A DNA stretch of 64,000 nt from a virus (taxonomy: Duplodnaviria; Caudoviricetes). Where the stretch lies: positions 28,136-92,135 of the IMG/VR virus record IMGVR_UViG_2825563536_000001, one strand, 5' to 3'. The position numbers and the translations under genes are program-made. A model generated the notes under the pieces. That model searched no databases. It was not told the DNA's origin and was given only the letters and a program-made list of their open reading frames with translations. Positions 1 through 11,114 of the stretch are shown here, piece by piece. Every line of letters starts with the position of its first letter. Position 1 is the first letter of the stretch.

Positions 1-14
1 TGGGCGGCGTTCGG

Positions 15-206
15 ATGAGCCGCCGCGACACCGCAGTCGACGCCGCGGCCGCGTACACGTACGACGCCGCCGTCGGCAGCATCGACCGGTTCCCGCCGTG
101 GCCCGAGCTGACCGAGGGCGAACGCGATGTGTGGCGCAACGAGATTGCGCCGATTGTCGACGTCGTGCTCGCCTCGATCGGCGACGCCGCAGCTGCTGCC
201 GCGTGA
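15..206 (+). CDS. hypothetical phage protein
   Basis: 63-aa ORF; stop overlaps next start (GTGA). Confidence 0.55.
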   Translation: MSRRDTAVDAAAAYTYDAAVGSIDRFPPWPELTEGERDVWRNEIAPIVDVVLASIGDAAAAAA

Positions 207-525
207 GCGGGTACACGCCGTGGCACCCGTCGATGCAAACCGACGAAGCCCGAGCGGCAGTGCAGGAGTGGGCGGCCCGCGCCACCTTCCACGACCCGCA
301 CGACCCCGAGATGCTGATGTGCCTCGACAAGGGCGACATTGTGTCCCGCTACCTGCTGCTCCTGCACCAGCGTGACCACGAGCGGCGCAGCACTGCCGAG
401 CATCACGCCGCCGAGCTGCGGCGCCTGCGCGAGACGGTCGCGGCCGCGGGGCGGTGGTGGGACCACTGCCGCAGCCTGCGCCGGCGCGGACGCAAGACAG
501 CCAACCTGACTGACATGGAGACGAA

Positions 526-529
<4 letters not shown>
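203..529 (+). CDS. hypothetical phage protein
   Basis: GTG start coupled to upstream stop; 3' part of ORF 98..529; stop overlaps next start. Confidence 0.6.
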
Positions 530-2325
<1,796 letters not shown>

Positions 2326-2326
<1 letters not shown>

Positions 2327-2679
2327 TGGATCAGCAGGAGCGAATCGAGGTTCGGGCGCAGGCGCGTCGGGAGGCGTTCGAGGAAGCCGCGCAGGTGCTG
2401 CGGCAGGAAGCTCGGGAGCAGTGGGAGCGGGACGCGGGCAGGGCGCCGGGCGCGCAGCTGATCGCGCAGCGCATGGACGTCGTGGAGAAGGTGCTGCTGT
2501 CGTTCGCGGGCGCCGAACCCGGCGAGCGGAAGCGGGCCACCGATGCTGCTGCGCTGGACCGGATCGCGGAGGTGATCGCGCTCGACGAGGACGGCACGTG
2601 GTGCGACCACGACGGCATCCTCGAGTCAGTCGGGAACGCGGTGCGCGCGACCGGCCGCACGATCGAGAACTGGGAGTGA
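2326..2679 (+). CDS. hypothetical protein
   Basis: 117-aa ORF with TGATG overlap to nrdF. Confidence 0.65.
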
Positions 2680-2681
2680 GC

Positions 2682-3101
2682 ATGGCGGGCAAAGTGATCG
2701 ACTGGCAGCGCAATGAGTTCGGGTTCGCGCCCGCCGAGCCGATCTGGAAGAACTTGTTCGTCGACGACGACCGGCCCGCCCCGGAAGGCTGGATGCTGTT
2801 CGGCACGGCCGAGGAAGCGATCGGCGGTCTCGAATCCCTCCGCGGCCGCGGCGAGACGGTGCACCGGCTGTCCCTCGACTTCGACCTCGGGGTCCGGGGC
2901 GGTACGACCCTGCCGGTGCTGGAATGGATGCGCGACAACGCGTTCTGGCCGCGCGAGCTGTACGTGCACACCGCGAGCTACGACGGCGAGGCGCTGCTAC
3001 TCGAAATCATCCGGGAGGACGCGCCGGCGGGCACGCTCCGCGGGTGGGGCTGCAACTACTGGGGCACCGGCCCCGACTCCGTCGAGAGGAATCACCCGTG
3101 A
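2682..3101 (+). CDS. cyclic-phosphate-processing receiver (cREC)-like domain protein
   Basis: LFVDDDRPAPEGW...LSLDFDLG...LEWM...YVHTAS pattern. Confidence 0.7.
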   Translation: MAGKVIDWQRNEFGFAPAEPIWKNLFVDDDRPAPEGWMLFGTAEEAIGGLESLRGRGETVHRLSLDFDLGVRGGTTLPVLEWMRDNAFWPRELYVHTASYDGEALLLEIIREDAPAGTLRGWGCNYWGTGPDSVERNHP

Positions 3102-3649
3102 GCGTCGAGCCGTCACCGTTCACACGCCGCCCCGTGCCCGCGCGCTCACCGTTCTGGCTGTACGTCGACGACACACGCCGAGCACCCGAACGGTGGGCGC
3201 AGCCGACCGACATCACCAAGACACTGGATTCGCACCGCGCGCTGCGCATCGCGATCGACCGTATGACGCTCGGCGACGGCCGTAGTGTCGCCGACGCGCT
3301 CGCCTGGATGCGGGACAATCGCTGGTGGCCGACGGCCGTCTACGTGCACGAGACACACCCCGGCGTGTCCCGGTTCATCCGTAGCTTCGTGCGCGAGCAC
3401 TCGCCCGCGGGCACGTTCGGCGGGGCCGGGCTGCACTGGGGGCCACCCGCTCAGCTTGAACGCGAGCAGCCCGAGTTCAAGGAAACGGCCGAACACCTGA
3501 ACCTGCGCCCGGACGAGGTCGTGCGCCTCGCGGCCGAGCTGCGCGCCGAGCACGCGGGGCCGGGCGGCCTGCCGTGGTCGAAGCTCACCGACGCGCAGAA
3601 GGTGCCGTGGATCGTCCGCGCCGCTCAGTCGCCTGCACGTACCGCTTGA
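3098..3649 (+). CDS. second, diverged cREC-like receiver domain protein with C-terminal extension
   Basis: LYVDDTRRAPERW...LAWMRDNRWWPTAVYVH, paralogous to upstream gene; GTGA overlap. Confidence 0.6.
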   Translation: MSVEPSPFTRRPVPARSPFWLYVDDTRRAPERWAQPTDITKTLDSHRALRIAIDRMTLGDGRSVADALAWMRDNRWWPTAVYVHETHPGVSRFIRSFVREHSPAGTFGGAGLHWGPPAQLEREQPEFKETAEHLNLRPDEVVRLAAELRAEHAGPGGLPWSKLTDAQKVPWIVRAAQSPARTA

Positions 3650-3794
3650 ACGCAGCCCGCGCGACATCGGTCACCGTCTCGCCGTTCGCCTCCGCGGCAG
3701 CCTTCACAGCCTCCCATTCCTCATCAGGAATGCGGATGGTCCGCTGCTTCGTCTTCGGCTGGTTGGGCACGCGGCCCATCATGCCAGCTGTCAT
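3585..3794 (-). CDS. ribbon-helix-helix DNA-binding protein
   Basis: KTKQRTIRIPDEEWEAVKAAAEANGETVTDVARAAFKRY. Confidence 0.75.
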   Translation of the reverse strand: MTAGMMGRVPNQPKTKQRTIRIPDEEWEAVKAAAEANGETVTDVARAAFKRYVQATERRGRSTAPSARR

Positions 3795-3844
3795 GACAGA
3801 AGCACCCCCTTTCGATCGCTCCGTCCCAGGTCACGGTACAGGCG

Positions 3845-3930
3845 GGTGTCGTGACACCTCGCGGGAATCCAGTTTGCAGGGGTGTCACGACACCTGCTAG
3901 CTTTCACGGCATCGGAGGTGTCACGACACC
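3845..3930 (+). promoter_or_regulatory. three near-palindromic operators GGTGTC(A/G)(C/T)GACACC at 36-bp spacing overlapping a sigmaA promoter
   Basis: copies at 3845, 3881, 3917; -35 TTGCAG 3874, -10 TAGCTT 3898; related TGTCATGACA at 3789. Confidence 0.7.
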
Positions 3931-3968
3931 CCCAGTACCGTTTCCATACTGACGAAGAGGTCCCTACC

Positions 3969-4634
3969 ATGATCAGCTCCATCCGTAAGCCCCTTGTCGG
4001 CGCCGTTGCCGCTGCAGCTCTGGTTGCCGGCGGTGTCGGCGTCGCTACCGCTACAGCCGCCCCGGCTGACGACGTTCAGCTGACCGCGAGCGATGTCGAC
4101 ACCCCCGACACTGACGAGCCTGCCGCCCCGGCCGCGGGTTCGCTGGGTTCGCTGGACCTCGGTTCGCTGCTCGGTTCGCTGGGCAAGAAGCCCGCACCGG
4201 CTCCGGAGCCTGCACCGGCGTTCGCTGCGACCGCGGGCGACGACGTCGACACCGAGGAGCCGGGCACGACCGTTCCGGGCTTCACGGGTTCGCTGGGTTC
4301 GCTCGATGTGGGCGGCTCGCTGTTCCTGATCCTGCAGCCGAAGCCGCAGCAGCCTGCACCGGCCGCTGACATCGCGGACGAGGTCGAGGAGCCGGGCACC
4401 GAGGAGCCTGTCGAGGAGCCGGAGTACATCACCGGTTCGCTGGGTTCGATCGACTTCGGCGGCTCGATCTACAAGGGCGTGCAGGGCGAACTGCACCCGG
4501 CACCGGCCCCGGCGCCGACCGCTGACATCGCGGACGACGTCGACGTCGAGGAGCCGGGCGACGAGGACGACACCGAGGCCCCGGCCACCGGTTCGCTCGG
4601 CTCGCTGGACCTGTTCGGCTCGCTGCTCAAGTAG
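3969..4634 (+). CDS. secreted acidic Pro/Ala-rich protein with repeated GSLGSLD motifs
   Basis: signal peptide (IRKPLVGAVAAAALVAGGVGVATATAA); 4 GSLGS(L/I)D blocks; GAGG RBS. Confidence 0.75.
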   Translation: MISSIRKPLVGAVAAAALVAGGVGVATATAAPADDVQLTASDVDTPDTDEPAAPAAGSLGSLDLGSLLGSLGKKPAPAPEPAPAFAATAGDDVDTEEPGTTVPGFTGSLGSLDVGGSLFLILQPKPQQPAPAADIADEVEEPGTEEPVEEPEYITGSLGSIDFGGSIYKGVQGELHPAPAPAPTADIADDVDVEEPGDEDDTEAPATGSLGSLDLFGSLLK

Positions 4635-4645
4635 CCAGTAACGAC

Positions 4646-4677
4646 GAAGCCCCCGCACCTTCTGGTGCGGGGGCTTT
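4646..4677. terminator. intrinsic terminator between convergent genes
   Basis: GAAGCCCCCGCACC-TTCT-GGTGCGGGGGCTTT hairpin. Confidence 0.8.
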
Positions 4678-4691
4678 CTCGTGTTCGGGGG

Positions 4692-5405
4692 CTACTTCTT
4701 GGTGGCCTTGGCGAGGTCGGCGGTGGCGCTGCCGATCGCGGTCAGCAGGTCGGCGGCCGCGGTCACTGCGTCGGGGTCGGCCGACTGCGCGTTCGTGGCG
4801 ATCGCCTTCCACACCTCATTGATGGCGCGCTTGCCGTTGCGGGCGACCTCTTCGTCGGTCGGGCCGGGTCGGGTCGGGCGCTGCGGGGCGTCGGGGTGGA
4901 TCGCGGGCTTGGCGGTCTGGAACCACTCGGTGAGGTTGATGCGCGGCAGTGCGGCGACGGTTGCCCGCTGCACGTGTGCGGCGTCGAGCTGGCGGCGCAG
5001 GCCGTGCGCGGTGTCGCGCACCTCGTTCAGTTCGCCGTTCAGGCGGCGCAGGCGTTCGAGTCGGCGCTCGGCGCGGTCGGCGTGGGTTTCGCCTTCCTCG
5101 CGGAGCCGCTTGCACGCCTTGCGGGCGTCGAGCAGTGCGGCGCGCAGCTCGGCGACCTGTTCCTCGGCGGCCTCGGCGCGCCTGGCGGCCTCGTTGGCGC
5201 GGTCGAGGCGCGCTGCTGCGAGGTCGTTCGCCGTGCGGGCGCGTTCGACGGCGCGGTCGCGCTGCGCGGCCAGGTCACGCAGGTGCCCGTCCATCAGGCG
5301 CTGCTCGGCAGCCCTCGACGGGCCTTGAAGGTACGGGTTCAGCGGCCGGAAGATCGGGCCGCCGACAGCGAACTCGCGGGCGCCGGTATGTGGATGATCG
5401 AACAA
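4692..5405 (-). CDS. coiled-coil hypothetical protein
   Basis: 237-aa Ala/Arg/Glu heptad-rich ORF with AGGAG RBS. Confidence 0.65.
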   Translation of the reverse strand: MFDHPHTGAREFAVGGPIFRPLNPYLQGPSRAAEQRLMDGHLRDLAAQRDRAVERARTANDLAAARLDRANEAARRAEAAEEQVAELRAALLDARKACKRLREEGETHADRAERRLERLRRLNGELNEVRDTAHGLRRQLDAAHVQRATVAALPRINLTEWFQTAKPAIHPDAPQRPTRPGPTDEEVARNGKRAINEVWKAIATNAQSADPDAVTAAADLLTAIGSATADLAKATKK

Positions 5406-5422
5406 GGGTTATCTCCTGGGTA

Positions 5423-6673
5423 TCAGAGGAAAGCGAAGTCGGACCAGCCGAGCGGGTCCGCGGGGTTAGCGAGGAACGCGAGCACGCCCGAACGGCTGAA
5501 CCGGCCGGTCATGTCGCGCAGCCACTTCGACCCGCCGTCGAGCGACGGGCACTGGAACGCGCTGCAGCTGCCCAAGTCCCAGCAGGCGAAGTGGTGCCGG
5601 TGCGCCGTCACCCACACCTGCACGGCGTGCGCGAGGTCGTCACCGCGGACCTGCCCGTTCAGCCACTTCTCGAACCCGCCGGCGTCGTTGCCTGCGATCT
5701 TGTGGCCGTGGTTGAACCCCATGCGGATTCCACCGGCGGTCGTCGCGTACACGTTCATCTCGTCGTGCGGGATCGTCCACTGCACGTGGTCGAACTCGGC
5801 GCGCTCACGCATGATGCGCTGCAGGGTCTCGGCGAGGAACCCGCCCGCGTTGTCGGCGTCGCCGGTGCGGTTCTTCGGGCCGCCCATGCGCCCGAACTCG
5901 CCGTGGTTGCACAGCACCGACACGAACCGGGCCTTCTCGAACTGCGGGAACAGGGTGCGGGCGTACAGCTCCCACGCGTCGAGCGCGAAGTTCATTTGGC
6001 CGCGGGTGTCGAGTTCGACCTTGAACAGCTGGTTCGCGTAGTTGCCGTCACAGCCTTCGATCGGGTCGCCGTTGTTGACCAGGAACACCTCGGTGATGTT
6101 GTGGTCGAGGCGCTGCCGGTCGAGCCAGCGTTGCGTGTTCTCGAGGCCGTCGGTGAGACGCTGCAGGGTCGCGGCGACACCGGTGTTCCCGCCTTCGGCC
6201 TTGCCGCCCTGGATGTCGGCGAGGTTGACGACGGCGGTCACTTCGGGGCCGTCGGTGCGGGCACCTGAGGTGCGGCGGATGCGGCGGGGCAGTCGCCAGT
6301 CGCGCATTCGGGCCATGTGGGCCTCGACGTCGGCGGCGGGGAGTAGGCCCTCGGGGCGGCGGCGGAACCGGGCGCTGTACGAGTACAGCTGCACGACGTC
6401 GCGCTGCCCGTCGTCGGTGGCCTTCGACTGCTGCCACGTCGACATGCGGACGGTGTCGTCGACGACCTCGAACACGCTCGCGTCGAGCTTGAACAGGGCG
6501 AACACTGGCGTCCAGTCGTCGACGATCGGGGCGTCGACGACGACGTCGCGGACCTCGGCGCCGTCGGGGGTGAGGTCGACCTTGCCCTTACCGGCGACGG
6601 TGGACACTGCGGTCGGCGCGGTCGCGTACGGGCTTTCGCGGCGGGCGGCGTGCAGTGTCGCGGCGATGCTCAC
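5423..6673 (-). CDS. calcineurin-like metallophosphoesterase (Mre11-like exonuclease of actinophages)
   Basis: motifs LADIQ, NGDPIEG, CNHGE, NHGH, AHRHH; GTG start overlaps upstream stop. Confidence 0.8.
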   Translation of the reverse strand: MSIAATLHAARRESPYATAPTAVSTVAGKGKVDLTPDGAEVRDVVVDAPIVDDWTPVFALFKLDASVFEVVDDTVRMSTWQQSKATDDGQRDVVQLYSYSARFRRRPEGLLPAADVEAHMARMRDWRLPRRIRRTSGARTDGPEVTAVVNLADIQGGKAEGGNTGVAATLQRLTDGLENTQRWLDRQRLDHNITEVFLVNNGDPIEGCDGNYANQLFKVELDTRGQMNFALDAWELYARTLFPQFEKARFVSVLCNHGEFGRMGGPKNRTGDADNAGGFLAETLQRIMRERAEFDHVQWTIPHDEMNVYATTAGGIRMGFNHGHKIAGNDAGGFEKWLNGQVRGDDLAHAVQVWVTAHRHHFACWDLGSCSAFQCPSLDGGSKWLRDMTGRFSRSGVLAFLANPADPLGWSDFAFL

Positions 6674-7005
6674 GCGAGGGCCTGCACGATCGCATGGAAC
6701 AGGCGGTCCTTGACGCGCTCGCGCTCGGGTAGGTCGGCGTACGGCACGAGGCACGGATGCGTCCTGAGGCGCTCGTTCTTCTCGGGGCCGAACACCCAGC
6801 CGCGCTCGCGCTTGAACTCGCACCACGACTCGTGCAGCTCCTCGGGGGTGGCGCCGGCGCGCGCCTTCGCGACACCGTCCTCGGCGCTCGCGCGCATCTC
6901 CTTCGACAGGGCGGGCCAGTGCCTATTCGCGAAGCCGTCGCGGTTGATGATCTGGACGGCGCGGTTCGCTTCGTGGCAGACGCGTGCGATCTGCCGGTCG
7001 GTCAT
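6670..7005 (-). CDS. RyR-repeat domain protein
   Basis: HESW...GWVFGPEKN...THPCLVPYADLPERERVKD. Confidence 0.85.
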   Translation of the reverse strand: MTDRQIARVCHEANRAVQIINRDGFANRHWPALSKEMRASAEDGVAKARAGATPEELHESWCEFKRERGWVFGPEKNERLRTHPCLVPYADLPERERVKDRLFHAIVQALA

Positions 7006-7007
7006 GC

Positions 7008-7277
7008 TCAGGGGGTCTCACCTCGAGGGGGGTCGGTGCGGGCGGGGAAGACTCGCCGCTGCAGGTCGATCCATTGGCCGTCGGCGGCGCGGGCGCTCAC
7101 ACGGAGGCGCAGGGCGCCGCTCTCTGCGCGGCAGACGATGTGGGTGCGGGTGCCGACCGGCACGCGGGCCGCCTTCTCGTCGTGCGCGAGCTGCTGCTCG
7201 AGCATCTGGAACAGGCATTCGACGCGCAGGTCGGCGTCGCGGCGGTCGCGGGTCTCGTTCGGGTCAGTCGGGTTCAC
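7008..7277 (-). CDS. hypothetical protein
   Basis: ORF in tightly packed operon. Confidence 0.55.
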   Translation of the reverse strand: MNPTDPNETRDRRDADLRVECLFQMLEQQLAHDEKAARVPVGTRTHIVCRAESGALRLRVSARAADGQWIDLQRRVFPARTDPPRGETP

Positions 7278-7542
7278 TGAACATCGTTTCGTCGAACAGG
7301 CTGCGGCCGTCGAGGACGCGACGCTGCGGGGCGGACCATTCGCCGCCGATCGGTCGGGCCGTGAACACCTCGAGGATCAGGTCGCCCTGCTCGGCCATGC
7401 ACCTGTTGATCGCGAGGCCGTGGTCCTCAGGGATCGGCCGTGAGGCGTTGTCGATCGCGAGCGCGAGGGCCTGCTCGAGCGCGTCGAACTGCCAGGCGAT
7501 CCGGGTGTCGGCGTCGAACCGCGCGTCTTCCGGCTCACCCAT
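7264..7542 (-). CDS. hypothetical protein
   Basis: ORF in tightly packed operon; C-terminus resembles that of 7008..7277 (R..dG.W...QRRV). Confidence 0.55.
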   Translation of the reverse strand: MGEPEDARFDADTRIAWQFDALEQALALAIDNASRPIPEDHGLAINRCMAEQGDLILEVFTARPIGGEWSAPQRRVLDGRSLFDETMFSEPD

Positions 7543-7792
7543 CGGCAGGCTCGGGGTACTCGCAGCCGCACCGCGGGGCGAGGTGGTTGTTCAGGGCGGA
7601 CACGCCGAACGGGAACCGGTGCTTGTCGCGCAGCAGGCGGTGCAGCTGGTTTCGACTGCGGCCCTCGGCAACCCAATCGAGGATGCCGTCGCGGTCGGCG
7701 GGCGTTTGCTTGTCGAGCCACTTCCCGACGGCGCACCGCTTGCGGGCTGCAGGCTCGGCGGCCGCGGCCGCGAGGGTATCGGCGATGCTCAC
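7535..7792 (-). CDS. hypothetical Cys/His protein (possible Zn-binding DNA-binding protein)
   Basis: GTG start overlapping upstream stop; CAVGKWL...NNHLAPRCGC. Confidence 0.6.
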   Translation of the reverse strand: MSIADTLAAAAAEPAARKRCAVGKWLDKQTPADRDGILDWVAEGRSRNQLHRLLRDKHRFPFGVSALNNHLAPRCGCEYPEPADG

Positions 7793-8100
7793 CGAGTCAT
7801 CACCACCTGAGCGTCCGCCGGCGCGGTGATCGTCACGCGCACGGCGTAGTCGCAGTCCTTCGACTGCTCGAGGGCGATGGGCCAGCTCGGCACGGGGTGC
7901 GCCTCGGAAGTCTGGCCGACGGCGACCATCCAGCAACCGGAGTCGTTGTCGAGGTCGAGAGATACCTGCATCTGCCCGTGCTTGGACAGGAGGTGGAACT
8001 GGGCGCCGTTGTAGGCGTCGTACTCGCTCGGGGTGCCGTCGACGATCACCACGGCGGTGTCGTCGCTGGCACCCTCGAACGAAAACAGCTGAGAGGTCAC
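7789..8100 (-). CDS. hypothetical protein
   Basis: 103-aa ORF, GGAAGG RBS. Confidence 0.65.
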   Translation of the reverse strand: MTSQLFSFEGASDDTAVVIVDGTPSEYDAYNGAQFHLLSKHGQMQVSLDLDNDSGCWMVAVGQTSEAHPVPSWPIALEQSKDCDYAVRVTITAPADAQVVMTR

Positions 8101-8134
8101 GCCTTCCGACGCTAAAGGTTTCGGGCGTGGCAGA

Positions 8135-9118
8135 TTATGCAGCGGCGAGCAGGCCCTTGTCGCGCCAGCGGCGGACGGTCTTCTCGTCGCGGCCGACGGC
8201 CTTCGCGATGTGTCGAATCGGGCGGGCCTCGGCGAACAGCTGCGCGGCGGCTTCGACGGATGCCTGGTACTCGCTCAGTTCGCCGTTGCGGGCACGTTCG
8301 CGGTTCTGCTTGAGGGTGCACGCGTTGCAGCGGCCGCGGGAGTTGTGCCGGACGGTGCCTGCGGGCAGTGCGGCGCCTTCGGGGAGGTCGCGGTCGTAGA
8401 CGACGGGGCGCTCACACAGGATGCAGTGGGTGACCTTCTCCACCTTCTCGATCCGTCCGCCGGCGGCTTCGGCTTCGGCCGCGAGGTGGGCGGCTTCGGC
8501 TGCGCGGCGGGCGTCGGCGACGGCCTGGTCGCGTTTCTTCGCGGCTGCTGCTCGGCGGGCGCGTTCCTTCGCGAGCTTGCGCTCGGCGGCGGCCTTCTGC
8601 TTCTTCTCGGTCTCGGCGGCGCGCTCGGCGAGGATCGCGGCCTGCTCGTCGGGGGTGGTGCCGCGCCAGAACGTGCGCGAGGTGTGCCGCTCGTAGCCGA
8701 CCTTCACGATGCGGGCCTGTGCGACAGCGGTGTTCACGAGGCCCTGCAGGTAGTGGTCGCTGTCGGGTGAGGGGACGGCGCCCATGTCGAAGGTGTCGCC
8801 GGACGTGATCAGGCGTTCGAGGGATGCGGCGGCGCGGCGGTCGTTCAGGGGGCGGGGGATGTCGACGTGCGGGGCGACGTGTTCGAGGTAGGTGCCTGCA
8901 GTGCAGCCGATGCGTTTCGCGATGAGGCTCGCTTCGGTGACGCCGCTCGCCACGAGGAAGCGGGCGTCTTCGATCCAGTCGGGGACGCGGTCGGCGACGG
9001 AGTTCGGGCGGGCGAAGCTGACGGAGTCGGCGCGGCGGCGGGGTGCGAGGTCGGCGGTGGCGACATCCTCGTCAGGCTCCCAGGTGCCGGTGAAGAGGGG
9101 GCGGGTGAGGGTTGTCAT
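8135..9118 (-). CDS. DNA-binding protein with Cys (Zn-ribbon-like) motif and C-terminal HTH
   Basis: CILC...RGRCNAC; C-terminal IRHIAKAVGRDEKTVRRW. Confidence 0.7.
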   Translation of the reverse strand: MTTLTRPLFTGTWEPDEDVATADLAPRRRADSVSFARPNSVADRVPDWIEDARFLVASGVTEASLIAKRIGCTAGTYLEHVAPHVDIPRPLNDRRAAASLERLITSGDTFDMGAVPSPDSDHYLQGLVNTAVAQARIVKVGYERHTSRTFWRGTTPDEQAAILAERAAETEKKQKAAAERKLAKERARRAAAAKKRDQAVADARRAAEAAHLAAEAEAAGGRIEKVEKVTHCILCERPVVYDRDLPEGAALPAGTVRHNSRGRCNACTLKQNRERARNGELSEYQASVEAAAQLFAEARPIRHIAKAVGRDEKTVRRWRDKGLLAAA

Positions 9119-9196
9119 GCGGTAGGGGCCTTTCTGGATGCTGGTGGCGGCACAGGCGCCGTTTCTGGGCCTGTGCCGCCGGATGGGTGGGGGGGG

Positions 9197-10765
9197 TTAG
9201 CGGGTGAGGGCGAGCGCGCGGTCCATGCGGTTCGTGGCGCCGACCGTGAACGCGGCCGAGACGTTGCGGTTCGCGTCGAGCAGGCGGCCGGGGTTGAGCA
9301 CCTGCTGCGCGCGGGTGATCGCGACGTACGACAGCATCTGCTCGTCGCGGAGCTTCGCTGCCAGCTCGCGGTTGCTCGGCTCGGTTTCGAGCATGTCCTC
9401 GGCGCGGGTGAGGGTGACGGCGAGGCTGTCGTCGAGCAGCACCCGGTCCCACTCGCGGCCCTTCGACTTGTGCGCGGTGCAGATCGTCAGCTCGGCGTCG
9501 CGTTCGCTGACGGTGCCGCCGAACGCTGCGCGCAGGTCGTCGACGGTGTGGTCCTCGAGCAGGCTGATGAGGGTCTTCCAGTCGGAGGCGTCGCTCGCTT
9601 CTTCGGCGTACTCGACGACCTGCTCCCAGGTATCGAACGCTGCGAAGTCGGCGAAGCTGGGCTTCTCGCCTGCCATCAGCTTCTCGGCGGCGTCGAGGAA
9701 GTTCGACGCGTACTGGGTGTCCGCCATGAGGTGCACGCGCTCGCCGCGCTGCAGCGCCTTGATCACCTGCGCGAGGGCGGCGCCGTTCGTGCGGGTGAGG
9801 ATCGCGTCGAAATCGGCTGCGCCGCGGTCGACGACGGAGTCGAGTCCGGGGTTCCCGGTCAGGCGCAGGTCGTCGCCGAGCGCGCCGAGCATGTGGTTGG
9901 CGGCGTCGGCGATGCGGTCGCCGAACCGCCACGAGCGGCTGAGGTTGCCGGTGTGCTCGGCGGGGAACGTCGACATGAAATCCGTTGCGCCGGTGAACCG
10001 GTAGATCGCCTGGGCGCTGTCGCCGACGCATACGACCTGCAGGTGCTTCTGGTTCTCGATCACGTCGGCGAGGACCGGGCTAATGTCCTGCGCTTCGTCG
10101 ACGAACAGGGCGGCACCTTCGGGGCCGAAGATCGGGTACTGCAGTTGCCACAGCTTGAGGTAGTGCGAGTGCGTGAAGGTGCTGCCGGTGCCGTACGGGC
10201 TGAGCAGGTCGGCCCACATTGCGCGGGCGATCGGGAGGACGACGTCGACGACGCTCATGTGGCCGTCGCGGTGGATGCCGGTCACGCGGGGGACGTGCTT
10301 CGCGGCGATCTGCGGGTCGGCGGTCTTGCAGAACTCGTCGACGGTCTTCGCGGCGTGGCGGCCGAGTACGAACGCGGACAGGTAGCGGCGCTCGCCGTCG
10401 GCGCCGGTGAAGCCTGCGCCGCGGATGTTGAAGCGTTCGCGGGTGATGTGGAACGGGACGCGGCCCGCGTTCAGCTTGTCGATGAGGGGCGCGTGGTCGG
10501 GGTGCTTCGCGATGTAGTTGAACGCGAGGGAGTGCGCGGTGCGGGCGGCGACGCTGCCGGGCAGTTTGCTGCCTGCTTCCTTCGCGATCGAGGAGTTGAA
10601 CGCGATGTAGAGGCCGACGCGCTGCTGCTCCTCGAGGATGCCGCCGAGCTGGACGAGGGTGGAGGTCTTGCCGGTTCCGGCACCGGCGCGGACGCGGAGG
10701 CTGCCGCCGGTGCGGAAGAGTTCGTGGATGTGGGCCTGTTCGGCGGTAGGGGCGAAGCTCGACAT
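9197..10765 (-). CDS. UvrD-like superfamily I DNA helicase
   Basis: AGAGTGKT, VDEAQD, VGDSAQAIYRFTGA, SWRFG, TAHKSKGREWDRV, YVAITRA. Confidence 0.93.
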   Translation of the reverse strand: MSSFAPTAEQAHIHELFRTGGSLRVRAGAGTGKTSTLVQLGGILEEQQRVGLYIAFNSSIAKEAGSKLPGSVAARTAHSLAFNYIAKHPDHAPLIDKLNAGRVPFHITRERFNIRGAGFTGADGERRYLSAFVLGRHAAKTVDEFCKTADPQIAAKHVPRVTGIHRDGHMSVVDVVLPIARAMWADLLSPYGTGSTFTHSHYLKLWQLQYPIFGPEGAALFVDEAQDISPVLADVIENQKHLQVVCVGDSAQAIYRFTGATDFMSTFPAEHTGNLSRSWRFGDRIADAANHMLGALGDDLRLTGNPGLDSVVDRGAADFDAILTRTNGAALAQVIKALQRGERVHLMADTQYASNFLDAAEKLMAGEKPSFADFAAFDTWEQVVEYAEEASDASDWKTLISLLEDHTVDDLRAAFGGTVSERDAELTICTAHKSKGREWDRVLLDDSLAVTLTRAEDMLETEPSNRELAAKLRDEQMLSYVAITRAQQVLNPGRLLDANRNVSAAFTVGATNRMDRALALTR

Positions 10766-10840
10766 GCTGCTGTCCGTCCGTGAGGTGGGCTTGTGGGGGG
10801 CCGGGCCGCGGTGTGCGGCCCGGCCTGGGGGGGTGCGGTA

Positions 10841-11098
10841 CTACGGGCGAATCGCGTCGAAGTAGCGCAGGGCGGCGTCGACCGCCTCCTGCGCGGCGTC
10901 AAGGGCGGCCTCGTCGTTGTCGGCGTCGGCGAAGCGGGCTGCGGCGGCGCGAAACGCGGTCACGTCGGGCTGCGGGCCGTCGATGATGCGGCACGCGGCG
11001 TCGAGTGCGTTACTCGCTGCGGCGGGTGCTACCTCGACGCCTTCGAGTGCGGCGACGGCGGTGCGGAACTCGGCGACTGCGGCGGTGTTGTTGTGCAT
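10841..11098 (-). CDS. small hypothetical protein (cassette gene)
   Basis: GAAAGG RBS, CCCCTACC box and class-A promoter upstream. Confidence 0.65.
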   Translation of the reverse strand: MHNNTAAVAEFRTAVAALEGVEVAPAAASNALDAACRIIDGPQPDVTAFRAAAARFADADNDEAALDAAQEAVDAALRYFDAIRP

Positions 11099-11114
11099 GT
11101 GTATTGCCTTTCGG

